Positions 1 through 14,787 of a DNA stretch of 64,000 bases are shown here, piece after piece. A program made the position numbers and the translations under genes. Every line of letters starts with the position of its first letter. Positions within the stretch are counted from its first letter, which is position 1. The notes under the pieces are model-generated. The model was not told the DNA's origin, made no database searches, and worked only from the letters and a program-made list of their open reading frames with translations. The stretch is from Azolla caroliniana (taxonomy: Eukaryota > Plantae > Polypodiophyta), in NCBI GenBank assembly GCA_043228905.1, contig JBHGNT010000012.1, positions 14,012,001 to 14,076,000 on the forward strand. Direction: 5' to 3'.

Positions 1-654
1 GAACGGATGCCTTCAATACGAATAGTTGGTGCTATGTATGCATGCAAGGAAAAATCTCCAAGATTCGATTTGAGAGAGGCTTGCAGTCCGCATCCCCTAG
101 GTTCCCGGACATTTGGATGCTAATTGCAGGCTTCACCCTGTGGTACGTATGGAAAGCGCGTTGCCTAAAGGTCTTCTAGGATCTGGTGCAACCCCCGGAG
201 GAAGTGATCATGGACATATGGTTTGCGCTTATTAGCTTCCTACGAGGGCAATTGGACGAGGTTTGCAGCCACTCCTCTGATGTGGATACTGCCCGTTTGC
301 GTTTTTGGCAGAAATGGCGGAACACGCCTATGGTGACACTAGGAGGAAGTGGCCCGAGGTGGAACTACCAGCCCCCACGTTGGTTGTTTCCGGCTCACTT
401 ACCACCCTCCCTCTATTGTCGGCCCCAAGAGTTGTCTCGTACTAGTCATCAGTACAGGGCATTGTTTTAGCTGTTGGTACTTACACTAAGTAGTTCGTCC
501 GAAAGGCGTTGTAACTAGTCTCAATTTCTATGACTTGAGCGGAGGGGGATTCCCCGTTCTATGCTTAAGCCTCCTTGTACAATCTCTTTGTAATAATCTT
601 ACCTAACTAATGGGAAAGTAGCTTCATTTTGGAAAGAAAAAAAAAAAAAAAAAA
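1..654 (+). mobile_element. 3' end of a LINE (non-LTR retrotransposon) with degenerate ORF2 C-terminus and poly(A) tail
   Basis: Translation LWYVWKARCLKVF*DLVQPPEEVIMDIW resembles plant LINE ORF2 C-termini; a 3' UTR follows, then an A-run at 637-654. Confidence 0.7.
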
Positions 655-659
655 CTAGT

Positions 660-1780
660 CCCTCGCCTATATTTTTTGTCACATACTCAAAAAAATCCAT
701 TTCACAAATGGGAGTTTTCCACATCAAGCACAAGTTTACAAAATAATGGTTGTAGGCAAACCTTATATGTTCTTAAAAGACATGAAAGACTATCCCAATC
801 AGATGATTGTTGCTTTACACAAACTAGATACCTCCATAACTCTGAAACTAATGCATTTGTCATATTTTGAGCATTACACAGATTATTCTCCCCATTTGTT
901 TGACATACTACACATGTGCAATCACACTCATCCCCATGTATGCCCTTAGAATCAACATGCATGGTGTTCAATCCAAGCCTTAACAAGTCCATTTTAATTT
1001 GGTGCACACAACTCCATGTAATCCTCTCATTTAACTTTCTAAGAAAAAACGCTTTCAAACCTTGGAGCTTGCAAAATCCAATATTGATGCTTGGATGTTA
1101 TTATTTAAAGGTCATGAAGAAGTCAGCCTAAATCAACAAATATATAGTCAACATAAATCAAATTCTATAGTCAACAAATCAATATATAAAACCAAATAGA
1201 TTAAAAAGAGTCAATTACCTTTATCATCTCCAAGAAGTGTCTAAGGTGATTCTTTCAATTACCTTTACTTATTCCTTGTCTATACATATCCTTTTTATTT
1301 GGTGAAACACATTTGTTGTCTTCCAAAAAGAAATCCAATTTCTTAACAATCACGTGAGACAAGTCATCACTTCGTTGTCTATGGCCAAACCTCACCCAGT
1401 TAAATTATTTTAATTGTATATTTCTCCAATGCTTCCTCAAGTTTCTCCTTTGATTACCAAGGGCTAGTGGAACTTTTGTATTAACATTGTTCATTTTTGT
1501 TTTACCCCATATACAAACATGTGAAGTGTTGTTCTCTTTGCAACAAGTTTATCAACACCCTCTACCCCTTTCACGAAGTCTAAAGATGACATCATGGACT
1601 CTACAATCTCCTTCGAAACACTTTGATCCCTAAACCTTATATTCTCCATGTGTTCATTCAAATTTTGATGGTGTAATACTCTAGAAATAATATATCAACG
1701 ATTTGCCTTGTGAAATCTCTTTGTAGCCTCCAATAAGTAACGGACTATGTGAAGAACAACATGTATCTTGCTCTTTTCGG
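660..1780 (-). mobile_element. Highly degenerate DNA-transposon-like coding remnant
   Basis: Cys/His-rich fragment in ORF 702..1058 (FFLRKLNERITWSCVHQ...CDCTCVVC) and broken frames upstream; family not determinable by eye. Confidence 0.3.
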
Positions 1781-3019
1781 ACATTAGTTTGGTACATTGG
1801 TCTATCAATAATCAAGACACGTCAATCTCATTTGTCGTACAAACATTCTACGTACTTAATATATACATTATGAATTTCCAGCCGTGCTCACACTTGTTGG
1901 AAGACTAACAAAAACCTCGATTAGGGGAGGTAGAGACTTTGATTAAGGAGATGGATAATCCATAGTTGGAGTTATGTTATAAACTAGCAAAAATAATGAA
2001 GATCTCTATGATGATGACCCTTTTTCCAAACGGTGTTGCCTTGTATTATTTGGTGATGTTTCATTAGCACCCTTGCTTTGTCTCAAGTAGAAATGTTTAG
2101 TCTTTTACTTTGATCACTCATGAAAGGGATTCGCATGGCTTCCCAATCTTAGAAACTAATTGTGGAAATGTAGTTAACCCAAATAATGCCTAATTAGAGG
2201 TTGGGAAATGACTCCCTTATATAGGTGACTCTCTCAGTGCATGCAGTGACGCTTATTCACCACATGGTGAAACCCAATCCAATATTCTAGACTTTATACT
2301 TTGGCCCATCATTGATTCCAACAAACCATTTTGGTCATGTGTGTCTTTAGATGCATGTGAAGCATGAGACCAAAATAAATCGGCTCAAATTTGTTTTCTT
2401 GATTTAGGGCCAATTTCTTTCAAATAATAAATAAATCTTTGGCCAAACAAGATTAACCTAGAATCTATAACCTCACATATTTACAACCAAATCAATATAG
2501 TATATACATGTGTGTAGATTAACAACATTTCACAATTTCTCGTTGCAAGCAAGGTGTAACCAACCCTTTTGTCTTTTTGCACCTATATTTTATGTTTAGA
2601 GTATGCATCCTTCATAAATAGATTGATAAAACCGAAACATATGATTAACCAAGGTCTACGGTAATAAATATACAAAATGTTGGGGGTAAAATGTTGTTTC
2701 ATCCTATTGCAATTTGCAATATGTCTATAACATTACACATACACATTTGCATGTATAACAACGTTAAAAGTTGTAGCCATATTATGAAAGACTATTTTTC
2801 TATATTTCTTTCAAGCCCATTGTGATCTTTGCCTCTTATGGAGAAGAGTGATACCTCAATCAACATTCAAATCTAAGGATCAAGTTTTCCCACCTAATTT
2901 CATATCTTGATAATAATGAAGATATTATGGTAGGATAAACCTTCTAAAACGTTGTTAGATAAGTGACTTGGATACTTTACTGCTTTGAGGTATAAATATC
3001 TTTCTCGCTCACACACAAT

Positions 3020-3782
3020 TAGTGATGGGCACGGTTCGGTTCGGTTCGGTTTCAAGGCAAAGAAACCAAACCGAACCATTTATATAACACAAAAACCAAA
3101 CCAAACCAAACCGTTTATGAACTCTCAAGCATTTTAAACCAAACCATTTAATACCAAACTGTTTAGGGAAAAGTTGAAACCAAATCGAACCATTTAATAA
3201 AAAATTTAAACCTAACCATTTAAGTCAAACTAATTAGATATTTAAATGAACCAAAAATACATTAAATTAAATCAGCATTTTAGTTAAATTTATTAAATCA
3301 ATAAAAAACCGCACATGCAACAAGGTTACTGCAAGAGATATGGAGTGAAATTGTAGCCACTCTGAAGAGCCAATATAATGGCCTTAAGGCTGGGTCTGAT
3401 GTAGTTAAAAGACAACGAATAACCTTCATCCAACAATGGTCGTCCTCTCCCTTTCTTAAGTCAGTGGGAATCCACATAAGATGGAACTATCGCGTCTCTA
3501 CAAGGATTTGTACATAATCGTCTCATTTGTAAAATTTTATAACTAATGGAAGGAGTTTTTTGGGGGGGAAATAAATAAATTATTAAGGTAAAAAAAAAAA
3601 GTTAACCAAAAACCTATAAACCTTTAAACCAAACCTATAAATCTATAAACCTGAGTTTTAGAACTGAACTGTTTGTCGAAAATCTAAACCCAACCAAACC
3701 ATTAATTTTTTTGGAACCAATAAACCGTTAAACATGGCTTAACGTGTCGGTTCGATTTGAGCCTAAACCGTGCACATTGCTA
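3020..3782. mobile_element. hAT-type MITE
   Basis: Imperfect TIRs TAGTGATGGGCACGGTT / AACCGTGCACATTGCTA; 8-bp TSD CACACAAT (3012-3019) vs CACACAGT (3783-3790); many internal AAACC(A/G) motifs. Confidence 0.75.
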
Positions 3783-4055
3783 CACACAGTCATCTCTCTT
3801 GGTCTCCATTATAGATCAAGGTGAAATTGTATTTTCTCACGATAACTATTATAGATACATACATACATACATTTATAAATAGATAGGTAGCTTTGTAGGA
3901 GACATGAGATGACTACTAACTATTGGTACACGCAACAACTACTACCAACCTACATATACAACACTATCATCCGAAGACTTTTTAGAGATACGTTAAGATT
4001 TACTCTCTTTGCTTTTTGGTATTTGTATAAAACTTTTACTCACATGTCACGTAAC

Positions 4056-4092
<37 letters not shown>

Positions 4093-5221
4093 AATTGAGG
4101 ATGTGAGATATGTATGTATAATCATAATGTTTGCATTTTTTGGAAAATTTTGTCATTTCATTTCTACACACAAACATAGAGATGCCTAAATATAATCTAT
4201 TTTATTATGACTATGTTGCATTCATACCAATCAAATACTCACCCTATGGAAATCAAGTTATATGGGAGTTGTTAGGTTTCTTTCTCTTGTGGAAAGCATT
4301 ATTGGTTAGGTTTTCTTTCTCCTATGACAAAAGTTATATGGGAGTTGTTAGGTTTCTTTCTCTTGTGGAAAGCATTATTTTGTTTTTGTAAGTTCATTCT
4401 TTTTCTCTCCATTATGACAAAAGATAGTTGGGTAGGTTCATACCGCTTGATCAATTTCATTGTTTATGAATGTTCACCATGGCAATGCCTGGCCATTCCA
4501 TGAAGGGTTCCATCATGTCTTGGATGGACATCTTTCCAAAGTTTCTACTTGAATTGGAATTGTCAATGTGTCGTTTAGAGTTTTTTGTATTGTGGGGTTT
4601 CCTATTGCTACCGAAGTATTGTGGGCGAGTTTCTATCCATGAATTTTTACCAACGTATTGTGGGTTTGGTGTTCATCTTTTGCTTTCCCTATTGTTCTTT
4701 GGTTGAGATTTTTTTTTATCTTTTTTTTAACCCAAAGTATATTCTTCATCTTTTTTTAACATAACTATCAAGGGATATTCATTTTCTTCTTCTTTTCACC
4801 ACTCACAAGAGCTTCTTCTATTTTTTTAACATGATAGAAGTTTGGCCCTTGAATGATTGGAACTTACTTTCTTGGGGGGAAATGTCCTATTTTTTTACCT
4901 TTACTTGCGGTGGCCAATGGTTTTTGGCACAATTGACATCATTTTATTAGCCAAAGGTCATCCACTGACCTTTTTAACCCCATGGAAATGGAGAAAAACA
5001 CAAGCAATGTACTTTTTAACCTCTTTTTCGAGGTGGAAAGGTCGTAGTATTTCATGCACTTCGTGTTTTCTTTACTTGGGACACTTTTGATTTTAACCAT
5101 CCAATGCATGAAGGTTCAAATCTCACTTAATTCTACTCATTTTACTAGATATTCATTGGAGAATGTGTCTTTAGAATGTAGGGGACCAGGGTGTTTTGTC
5201 TTTCTCAACACACACACACAT

Positions 5222-5275
<54 letters not shown>

Positions 5276-5879
5276 CACAATATATATGAGGACATTATAA
5301 TAATATAATCATCATCTACCCAAAACAACCAATGGGACAAAACATTGATGCCTCCTTGGACTAGATGGTTTTTGGGCCAATGCAAAAAGTAATTCGTGGG
5401 GTCATAAGTGAAAAAATCTAAACAAATGAAAAAGGTTGCCCTCAAATCTCAAACAATGACAACATTTCGTTGATCCTTTACAAGAGGTTCGCCATGACGT
5501 AGATTTATAGAACTTGTCATGGAAGGTCATCAACTCCTCACGAAGTACTTATAAACAAATGGGTGAGAAATACTCTTGTTTTCCATGTTTTGAGGTTACT
5601 TAAGCTTAGGACATGTTACTTTTCATTTAAATGTGGAATAAGCTAATGATTAGGATGATCACAAAGAGAGATTTCAACACAAGACATTCCAAGAAATGGA
5701 ATTCTCTCAAATGGCACGAAAAAACCAAACATGTTTTCTGCTGGTGATGGTTAAAGACAAAAGCTAGATTCTACTTGGAAGGCACACAAGTAGTTAATCG
5801 AAATATACTTTACATTGTATGTGTTAATCCACAAGTTTATGTGTATTAATTCCTACTCCATTTGATAAGTAAGATGCTG

Positions 5880-8800
5880 TCACATATCAAGCAAGACCTT
5901 TACAGTCTCTCCTACTAAATCTCCAAGGATGAAATCTTCAATATTTATTAGAATCACATCCATTTCATGGCCAGATGTAGACCATTCCCATCCTAGTGTG
6001 TCATTAATCTCCCTCTTCATCATATCATCCATATACCTATTCATCGCTATCCTATTCCACTTATTGATTTGCTTGAATACCCCATCCAAGAGTTTGGGCA
6101 CTGAAAAATTAACCAGAACACGTAGCGATGGTGCGAAAAGGTAGAAACTTTGCCTTGTAACCATCTCCAATTTGCATCGCAATGCTTCGTTAATGCAGTC
6201 GAATACGAGTTTTCTTCTATACAAAGCAGATTTCCCTCTAGATAAATCGCATTGTAATTCATGTGTTGAGAAATAGTCGTCATCTTCATGTTTTTCTCTA
6301 GGGTGTTCCCCATGCCCCCACCAATCCGAGTGTTTTGTTTGTTCTTCCAATTTGATAAACAATGTTGGATTGATGAGATCCGATGACAATGCCAATCTCC
6401 CAGAGAGAACCTTCTCGGCATACACAGTTGCTTCTTCTATGATCTCATTCACATAATCCTTCTCATTGTTGATTTGTTTTCTTCCACATTCGGCATTCAC
6501 GCTAGCATGACATGGAAGGTGAGGGTGGCATGAATCGTCGGTTATCGGTAGTTTGTCATGTCCTCCTAGAATCATCGACCCACTTTCAGAAGACTCCTCA
6601 TCATCGACATGGGTTCTTCGAGCAATCCCAATGCACTCAAAAAGGTAGCCTTGTTTTTTCCCTGCATATTAATAAGCAAAAGACAAACTTGGATGAAAAT
6701 GTAGTTGGATTCCTGCTGTTAAAAGAGACTCCATCTATTAGGGTTGCCTTTCTAAGAATGATCTAATGGCCATTGTATGTATCCTTTTACATTCTTCCTA
6801 TTGGGGGGGAAGGCGGAAATGAGTTCTGTCGAAACATTGTGAACCTAAACTACGACGGATTACAGCAGAGGACACTTTCACATTGTGCTTTCGAATGCAT
6901 GTGATGTCTTGTTCTCCTACTAAAAGGGCTCTCTAATATAATTCATGAGCCGACTACCTCTTGGAGTGTCGCAGGTGTCGGAACAATTCGATGATGCATC
7001 CGGAGGGAAATCGAGAGTAGAAATAGGGCTCGGCTGTCCACATTCCTCTCCACAAAAAGAATCGAGCGTTGAATCACTATCTTTAGAAGATGGAGTCCTT
7101 GGTGTCTACAAACATTTTTTCAGTGTCTTGTACATGTTAGAATGGAATATATATATATATATAATATGTATATGTATGTATGTATGTATGTATATAATTT
7201 GCACACATTTTTTGGCAAAGTCTATGCAGTATATAGATTTTATCAAACTTCAATTAACAGTTATTTAAGATGATTTTGCCATACCGTTTCAATTGTGGTA
7301 TTGGTATCCTCCATGCATGATGATGATGATGATGATGATGTCTCCATAGAGGAGGAGATTCCATTGTTATCAACACACAAATCCTCAGATTGTACCTCGC
7401 ATGTCGACACTCGAAGAAGAGCAACATTCTCCCACTTGCAGCCTCGGCTCTGCTTCATTCCGTCGTGCTCACAATACAGAGCACGATCACTTTCCGAGGC
7501 AGAGCTAGTCATGATTCCCTCATTACATATCCTCTCTTTTCCCTCTCCCATTCCCGAAGAACATTGAGTCAACAATGCCATATCCGTGGTTTCATTCGGA
7601 ACCCTTTTCCTGGACGAAGACCCTTTACTTATTGTAGTACTCTGGGAACAAGAACTCGGGCTACGGTGCGAAGGTTTCAATGTCTTAACTTTGCTGCATT
7701 TCTTTGCATCTGATACTACCGATTCCTGAGAACACGATGATGATGATAATGATGATGATGACAAAGCATCAGTAAAAGAGCTGATACTCATCGCCGAAGG
7801 GATAGTAGGATGCTTTTTCATCACTGGAGTGTTTGGTTTGGAGACACATTCGTGTTTACTCATGATTAGTGTAGACATTCTTTTACTAGTCTGAGATTCA
7901 TGTCCATCATCACTACGAGGTCCTCTATGTTTCATAGCACACACATCTTGTACCCCTAACGTTAAAGAAGAAATACGCTCGGATCTTATCGAGCTGTGTT
8001 GACCTGATTTCCTTCGGTTCTTTGATATACCTTCATTAACTGTGTCGGCCGGTTGTTTTCTCTCTCGTTGTTTCATCGATCCCGAGGGAGGTTTAGACAT
8101 TCTCTGACTCAGGGAAGAAGAGTTAGAGTTCTTGTGAGGAGAAGAAGAAGAAGAGATTGATTGCTTTGCCACAGATTCTCTGCCACTACCTAATGTGGTC
8201 TCTTTAGTTGTTGCATATCTCGATCGGATCGAAATATTCAGCAATGTGCTCTGCTCCATGGATTGGAATTCTTCCCCCTTGGATTTCCCTCCATGGGATG
8301 GTGATAATATCCTTCCCTCTCCCCTTACATTATGCATACTGCCTTCTTCTTTCTTTCCTAACCTCTTGTCTCTCCTTGACCTAATTATATGCCTATTGTT
8401 ATCTACTACTTCTTCACTCTTCTCTGCTTTCTCTTTACCACCGATTCGTATACCTCGCGCGCTCTTGACAGGTGATGAGAAATAGTTGTTAGGATGATGA
8501 TTAGAAACCTTTGAAGGGGAGAACTGTTGAGTATCGAATCGGGTTACGAGAGACAATGGTGGCAAATTGGAAAGAAACAATGATTTCTCGTCCTCGATCG
8601 ACCTCTTTGAATCGCGGCAAGGAATCATTGCTTCATCAAGCTTGTCATTCTGCTCGGCTGCATTTGTCGAACAAGTGCTCATAGATTCCATCATTATGTG
8701 ATCTAATTGTTTTCCTTCTTCTTCTTCTTCGTGATTCTTCTTAGTTACCATCGGAAAACAATCCTCGATGTGTGTATTAACAATGCATTTTCCATTATAA

Positions 8801-9659
8801 TTCTTAGAGCCTAGTTCTAACTGATGATGATGATTTTCTTCATTAATGGATGGGCTAGAAGGTATGGTTTCCAAACCCATCAATCTTGCTACAATACTGA
8901 GAGACCTCGTACTAGTAGACATGGAAGCAGAAGTAGTAGCAGTAGCAGTACTAGAAATCTGTGCTTTCTCTTCATGTTTTATAACACACTCATCTTCTAC
9001 TCCTCTCTCAGTTCGCAACGAAGACCCAATCCTGTTCTCATCAGCAATCTATTGAACAAATAAAGAGCACCAAAAAATAACCAGTTAATAGCTTAGAAGC
9101 ATATGGCATAAGAAGATTGAAATTTGGTCTTCAAACTAACAATCAAAAAAGAAAAAAGAAATCAAGCAAAAGATGAAGAGTGTGAAGAAAATGAATTTAT
9201 ACCAGAAGCAGCTTTGCCATGGGAAGCTTTTCAATCTTGCCTATCGGCTTTGGCCGTGCTGCGAAGAAGAAGGCAGGAATCAGAACCAGAATAAGAACAA
9301 CTCAAAACACACTGAAAATGTTTTCCCTTGATTCCATGTTAATATTGAAAGAGCATGAAGAAGAAGAAGAAGAAGAAGAAAAAAAAAGGTTGAGTATAAA
9401 CAAATTCTCATTAAATTCTTCTCATCTGTGTTTCCCAAATGTTTATGTTTTATATTTTCCGTTGATTCTGGTTACCTGCAGGCAACAGTTTGTGTGGAAT
9501 CAAACCCTTGTGATGGAATCTGTCGAGAATCTCGAAGAATATCCCCGAGCACCCCCCACTGTGAATGCCACTGCTGCTTCCACTACTACAATTGCTCATT
9601 CTTTTCTCATGTGAATATGTGTTGAAGCTAGACAGAATCTTTCCCGGGGTATCGGCCAT
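5880..9659 (-). CDS. TON1-recruiting motif (TRM)/LONGIFOLIA-like protein (VARLMGL motif + DUF4378), ~977 aa; exons 9476-9659, 9203-9258, 7285-9048, 6958-7105, 5880-6661
   Basis: All four introns are GT-AG with matching phases and join into one open frame. Motifs: GGCSGIFF, KLLL/IADENR, IVARLMGLE, QPSPISTLD, RKLVFDCINEAL, IEDFILGDLV. Start could be the ATG at 9659 or 9599. Confidence 0.88.
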
Positions 9660-10096
9660 GGTGAGCAAATCGAAGAAGAAAGAATGCAGTTCCAATGTAT
9701 ATGCTATTACTAGTCAAATTAATGGAGAGACGCCCAGCAGATTAGAGAGACTTCAGATGAAAATGGAGTTAAGTTGATGATGATGATGATGATGATGAAG
9801 GAGAAACATTTGAAAATGAAATTTTATCAATGCAGGTATAAAGGGCGTGAGAAGAAATCATTTGAGAAACAAAAAATGCAAAAAAAAAAAAAGAAAAAGA
9901 AAAAAACGAATGCAAAAGAAAACGCGCACACACAAAAACAGGGGAGATGAAAAAGAGGAAGGAATGAACAGTGAAAAGAATGAAAGATACAGACAGAAAA
10001 CAGTAGTGGAGAAGAAGAAGAAGAAGAAGAAGAAGAAGAGCAGGAAAATAACATAGAGAAAACAGAGGTGAAGCAGGAGAAGAGAAGAGAAGTGCT

Positions 10097-10132
<36 letters not shown>

Positions 10133-10257
10133 TGTGTGTGTGTGTGTGTGTGTAGGAAACAGAGCAGAAGAGAACAGAGGAGAACAGAGGAGGGTGGAAA
10201 ACACACGTTTGTCCACTGGCTCCTTTTTGTTCTACTCTCTTTTTGTACTACCTGATT

Positions 10258-10432
10258 TTGATCTTAATCTTAATCTTAATCTTAATCTTAATCTTAATCT
10301 TAATCTTAATCTTAATCTTAATCTTAATCTTAATCTTAATCTTAATCTTGAACTTAATCTTGATCTTGATCATAACCTCAACTTAATCTTAATCTTGATC
10401 TTGATCATAATCTTAATCTTAATCCCAACTTA
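10258..10432. repeat. (CTTAAT)n hexanucleotide microsatellite upstream of the TRM gene
   Basis: Perfect CTTAAT run decaying into CTTGAT variants; (AAG)n, (GA)n and (GT)n tracts lie at about 10010-10152. Confidence 0.95.
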
Positions 10433-11009
10433 ATCCTCGACTTCTCCATCTTTAATCCTACTCCCAATCCTATGCTCAATTTTCGGCTTCTCGTATCGGG
10501 TCTTCTCGGGTATTATTTATATTTGTCGTCGGCCTTAGTCTATCTGTAGCAGTTGTGATGGTACTAGTAGTAACTAGTAGTATGTATTAGCTCTTTGTTT
10601 CATAGTTCAGGGAATGAGCAATCTCATCGATATTTCGCCAAACCAATTTCCATTGCTACCAACAACAAAGAGCTCCTCCGACCATTACTTCGGCCGTAGC
10701 ATCCAATTAGATATACATAGTTAGGAGGGTTTGTTCCGAAGATTTCTCGCCCGCCATTAGTTCTCACTAGTTTGGTAGCAATGGGGTTCTAAAATGTGGT
10801 TTGACACTAGAATGCTGAGTGTATTATCAGTGGTAGCAATAGTAGTGCTAGTACCAAATAAATGATGAGTTTTCCCCCCTTGAAATTCTACCAAGATCCC
10901 CCCGATAAGGAACGATCCTGATGGTGTAGTTAATGGATGCTCCATTTCTCCTTCATTTCCACTTTACTTTTACATAGTAAAGTCAGCAAACTCACACCAT
11001 AGACTGTTG

Positions 11010-11112
11010 TAACAGTAGTAGGAGTAGGAGTAGGAGTAGTAGTAGTAGTAGTCGTAGTAGTAGTAGGAGTAGGGTGTGTAGTAGTAAGACTAGTAGTAGG
11101 CCTAGGAGTAGA
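11010..11112. repeat. (AGT)n/(AGGAGT)n microsatellite
   Basis: Directly visible low-complexity triplet run. Confidence 0.85.
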
Positions 11113-11890
11113 GTCACTCACACTACTACAAATGTGAACAACTAGAGAGTGTGGATAATGGAAGGGTCACATGAACCATTAATTCTCTCGCACCCTCCTT
11201 ACCTTGGGTTGGTTCGCACCTCCCCTTAACTCACCTCATTCTCACCTTTGACATTTTCGTTCGCCTTGTTGGTCTCTCGCTTCGACGTGACCAAAAAGCA
11301 AAAAGCAAAAATAAAAATAAAGGTAAAAGAAAATTTCAAATGTTTGTTTCTTTTCTTTTTTTCGGATATCAGCCCATAGCTCGTTGTGACTCTCATCGTC
11401 ACATCACCTGCTCCCCTCCCCTTCCCCCTCTACAGCCTGGATTCGCGTTCAATTCGCCGTGGTTCAACATCCACTAGTGGACAAGTTGTCGAGGTTACCA
11501 AACATATATATATGATGTGTCTCATAAAGATGCTTCGGCTTAACTTGACCCAATATTTCGTTTTTAACTAGTATTCAACATTAACCTAGCTTGCTTCCAA
11601 GCCAAAGAAACCAGTGTTTTGCAAGTGGACACCTAGTCAAGGGCTTACCAATCATGTCTTCAACCATTAATCTAGCATTCTACTACTTGTTGTATCAGCT
11701 TCCAACTTACCCTACTCGTAATTTGTGAACCTTGATTTTGTTCAATAGTCATGTCGTATATCATACCACCTACCCTTTGACAAGGGTTCAATGCCATATG
11801 ACACATTTATTTCTGAATTACATGCCATATCGATATACCAAACTTATAATATTATTGTTCCCACATGTTCGACACAACTATCTAAAGAGT

Positions 11891-11927
<37 letters not shown>

Positions 11928-13159
11928 ATTCCTTAACCATTCATTGTCCATTAAACAAATATTGTCATGATGCCACCAAGTTCAGTTTAACTAGCTTTAA
12001 ATTCTCTTTCTCTTGTTCGGTCTTATTGGCCATTTTGGCATCTTAAAAGATGTTAATGGAGCTTTCTTTCTTCTTTCTCTCTCTATTTTTACGAGTGTGG
12101 GGTCACAATGTATAAACTTATGGTTTCATAACCACAAATATTTTTTTTCCTAGTCTTTCAAGTATTTTTAGGTCAAATTTGCACCTGAGACCACGTCATC
12201 TTGTTGCACGTCTTAATCTGCCTTCCATCTAACTATGATTGCATTCCCTTTTTCATTTCTTTCAATTGCTAATGTGAAAACATCCTAAGTTTCTACAAAC
12301 TTCATTTATTTCTTACTTTCACTAGTCAATGCTTTCTTTATATTTGAATTTATTGTGAACAAAGTTACTACACGTGAACAAACCACATATTACCTTTGGA
12401 TTGGTGCTTTTCTTAATTTAAATTTCATTGTCATTTGGTGATCAACTCCATCTTATATTCTCTTGATTCCCAAAGTTTCATATGTCTAAAACTCAATTCC
12501 ATTCTAGGCATGCTGAAGAAACATATTTTTTAATGATTCTTTAGTTTGATGATGTCAAATTTGAGTTGAGCAAATGAATAATGTGGAATGACCAGCTCGA
12601 GTGTTCATTGTTTGGCAAAAAAGTATTTATTAAATAAGTACAATGCAACCCAAACTTTCACAATACTACTCTTCCAAAGCTATAAAAATGGTGAACCTTC
12701 AATGTAATTGCATATTGGTTACTTGTGACAATGTTTCGTTTAGCATTCAAGGTGGAATCTAATACATCAAAGTTATAAGTATACAATCATTTTGATTAAA
12801 GTGGAGAAATTGAGAGGTGCATGTACAATCTACAACTCATCTTGTTTATGTTTAAGAAGCATATTGCAATCATTTTGATTAATGTGGGCGATTTGAGAGA
12901 TGCGTGTACCATTCTTGGAATCCATTTTCTTTTTATGATAAGTTATGCCAATTTCTAGTTATGTATAAATTAATGATGTATATGAGTTCCAGTTCTTTGG
13001 GTGAAATATTAGTTTCTCTATGAAGCATCAGAGCCATAATTCACTCTTTCTTTGAAGAACAACCGAAAATATTAGTAAAAATAGCCATTGACAAGTCGTT
13101 TTCTTTCGATGATGCGAAAAAGGTCACTATGTTCACACATGTATGAGGAGTTAGAGTGT

Positions 13160-13200
<41 letters not shown>

Positions 13201-14787
13201 ACTATCGTCTTGTTTTTAACACATGTTTTATCAATCTATTTATCATTGTCATAGTGCAAGCTCAACTTTAAAGGATACAAATTACAATATAAAATATATC
13301 CCAAATACTCGTCATGACTTAGACATTTAATTCTAGGTCTTACCCAAATTCCATATAACAAATGATGAAACATCCTGATATCTTGTAGTCTACATAATAT
13401 CTAGTGATTCTAAGCTTTCTTTCACTAGAAAATTTGCATTTCACGTCCACATCACAAGTTCACATCTCATGTTGCTACCCTTAGTTGCGTACCACTAATT
13501 TTATACTTCACCCAAAAGTGAAAACAGGCATTAAGACGTTTTTCAATACCCTAGTAGTATATTTGAGCATCATTTGATGCATATAATCATTGCCACCCCC
13601 AAGGGCCAAAAACTATATAATTTACTTATCATGCTTAGTGTTGTCAAGCAACATTAGGAGTATGTTTGGAATATCTTTACCTTGATTGAATTGGTACCGT
13701 GTACCACAATCATACACATCTCACATCAATCATATTGGGCACTAAATAAGCTTAAATAAAACTAACATTGTAGAAAAACAAAGACAAAAGAAATAGTAAA
13801 GAGTGTGTGGAAATTAAGCCATGTGATGAGACATTAAATATTTATAAATGCTCTTGAAAATTACAAATCAATCAATATATTTGAGCCTGAATGAATAGGA
13901 AGTTTTTGATGCTATATATTTGAACCTCTTGTAAGATTTAATCTAACATATTTAATAAATCTATGCATGATTCATGAAAAATAAAACCCTTCAAAGAATG
14001 ATTTGAGTCATTTGTTAGTGACTCATATAAATGTGATATATTACAATTTATAAATAATAAAATTATGATTGAAAATTTATAATATAGAAATGATAAAATA
14101 AGAAAATAGGAAAATGGTCACAAATTTTATGGATAAATTCGTCTTCATTTACACGTACTTTAAAAACATTCTATGTAATAGAAACACAATTTTTTTGTTC
14201 TATAGAACCTTGTAAAGTTGAAGAAACTAATGAGGCAAAAAGATGTATGTGGGCATAGCTTATAGTGTCACACATATCCCCACCTTATGGAGATATTTGC
14301 TCCCTAAGTCTCAAACATTTGACAACAACATAATACACTTGTGTACTTTTTGAGAGACAAGCTCAACATGAGCCAAATCGACTAAAGGCCGGTAGGCTAG
14401 ATCAGCTGAAGAAGTTGATAGTCAAATCGACCGAGAACGATTGGCTGAAGAAGCCGACAGTTGGGTCGACTGGGGGTCGACAAACCATTGGGGGTCTATA
14501 TTCCTATTTTAGTAAATAGGAATATTAGAGGCTGTTAGTTGTCACATGCTCATTTATGAGAATTCAAGTACTTGTCAGTACTTGTGTCAACCTACGGTTA
14601 GAGCTTGTATAAAAATGCTCACTAAGCACATTGTATGTACGTATTGTTATTATTTGGAATATAGTTTTGTGTTCTGCGCTCTTTGTCTCTCCAACTCCCA
14701 CTTACTGTGTATTACCATCTCTGTGTTTACCTAACTGTTGTCGTCCCGCTGAACCTGCAGTGTCTGTTGATAAGCTTCCACATACGT

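Noticed and set aside
4255-4380. Short tandem duplication and nearby small ORFs
   Set aside because: Ordinary decayed intergenic repeat with no coding signal.
9769-10433. ORFs 9769..10206, 9827..10216, 9847..10056, 10068..10433
   Set aside because: Products of microsatellites (poly-LN, poly-K, poly-S).
14266-14787. Possible older LTR remnant
   Set aside because: LTR-like composition, but no partner, PBS/PPT or TSD could be identified.
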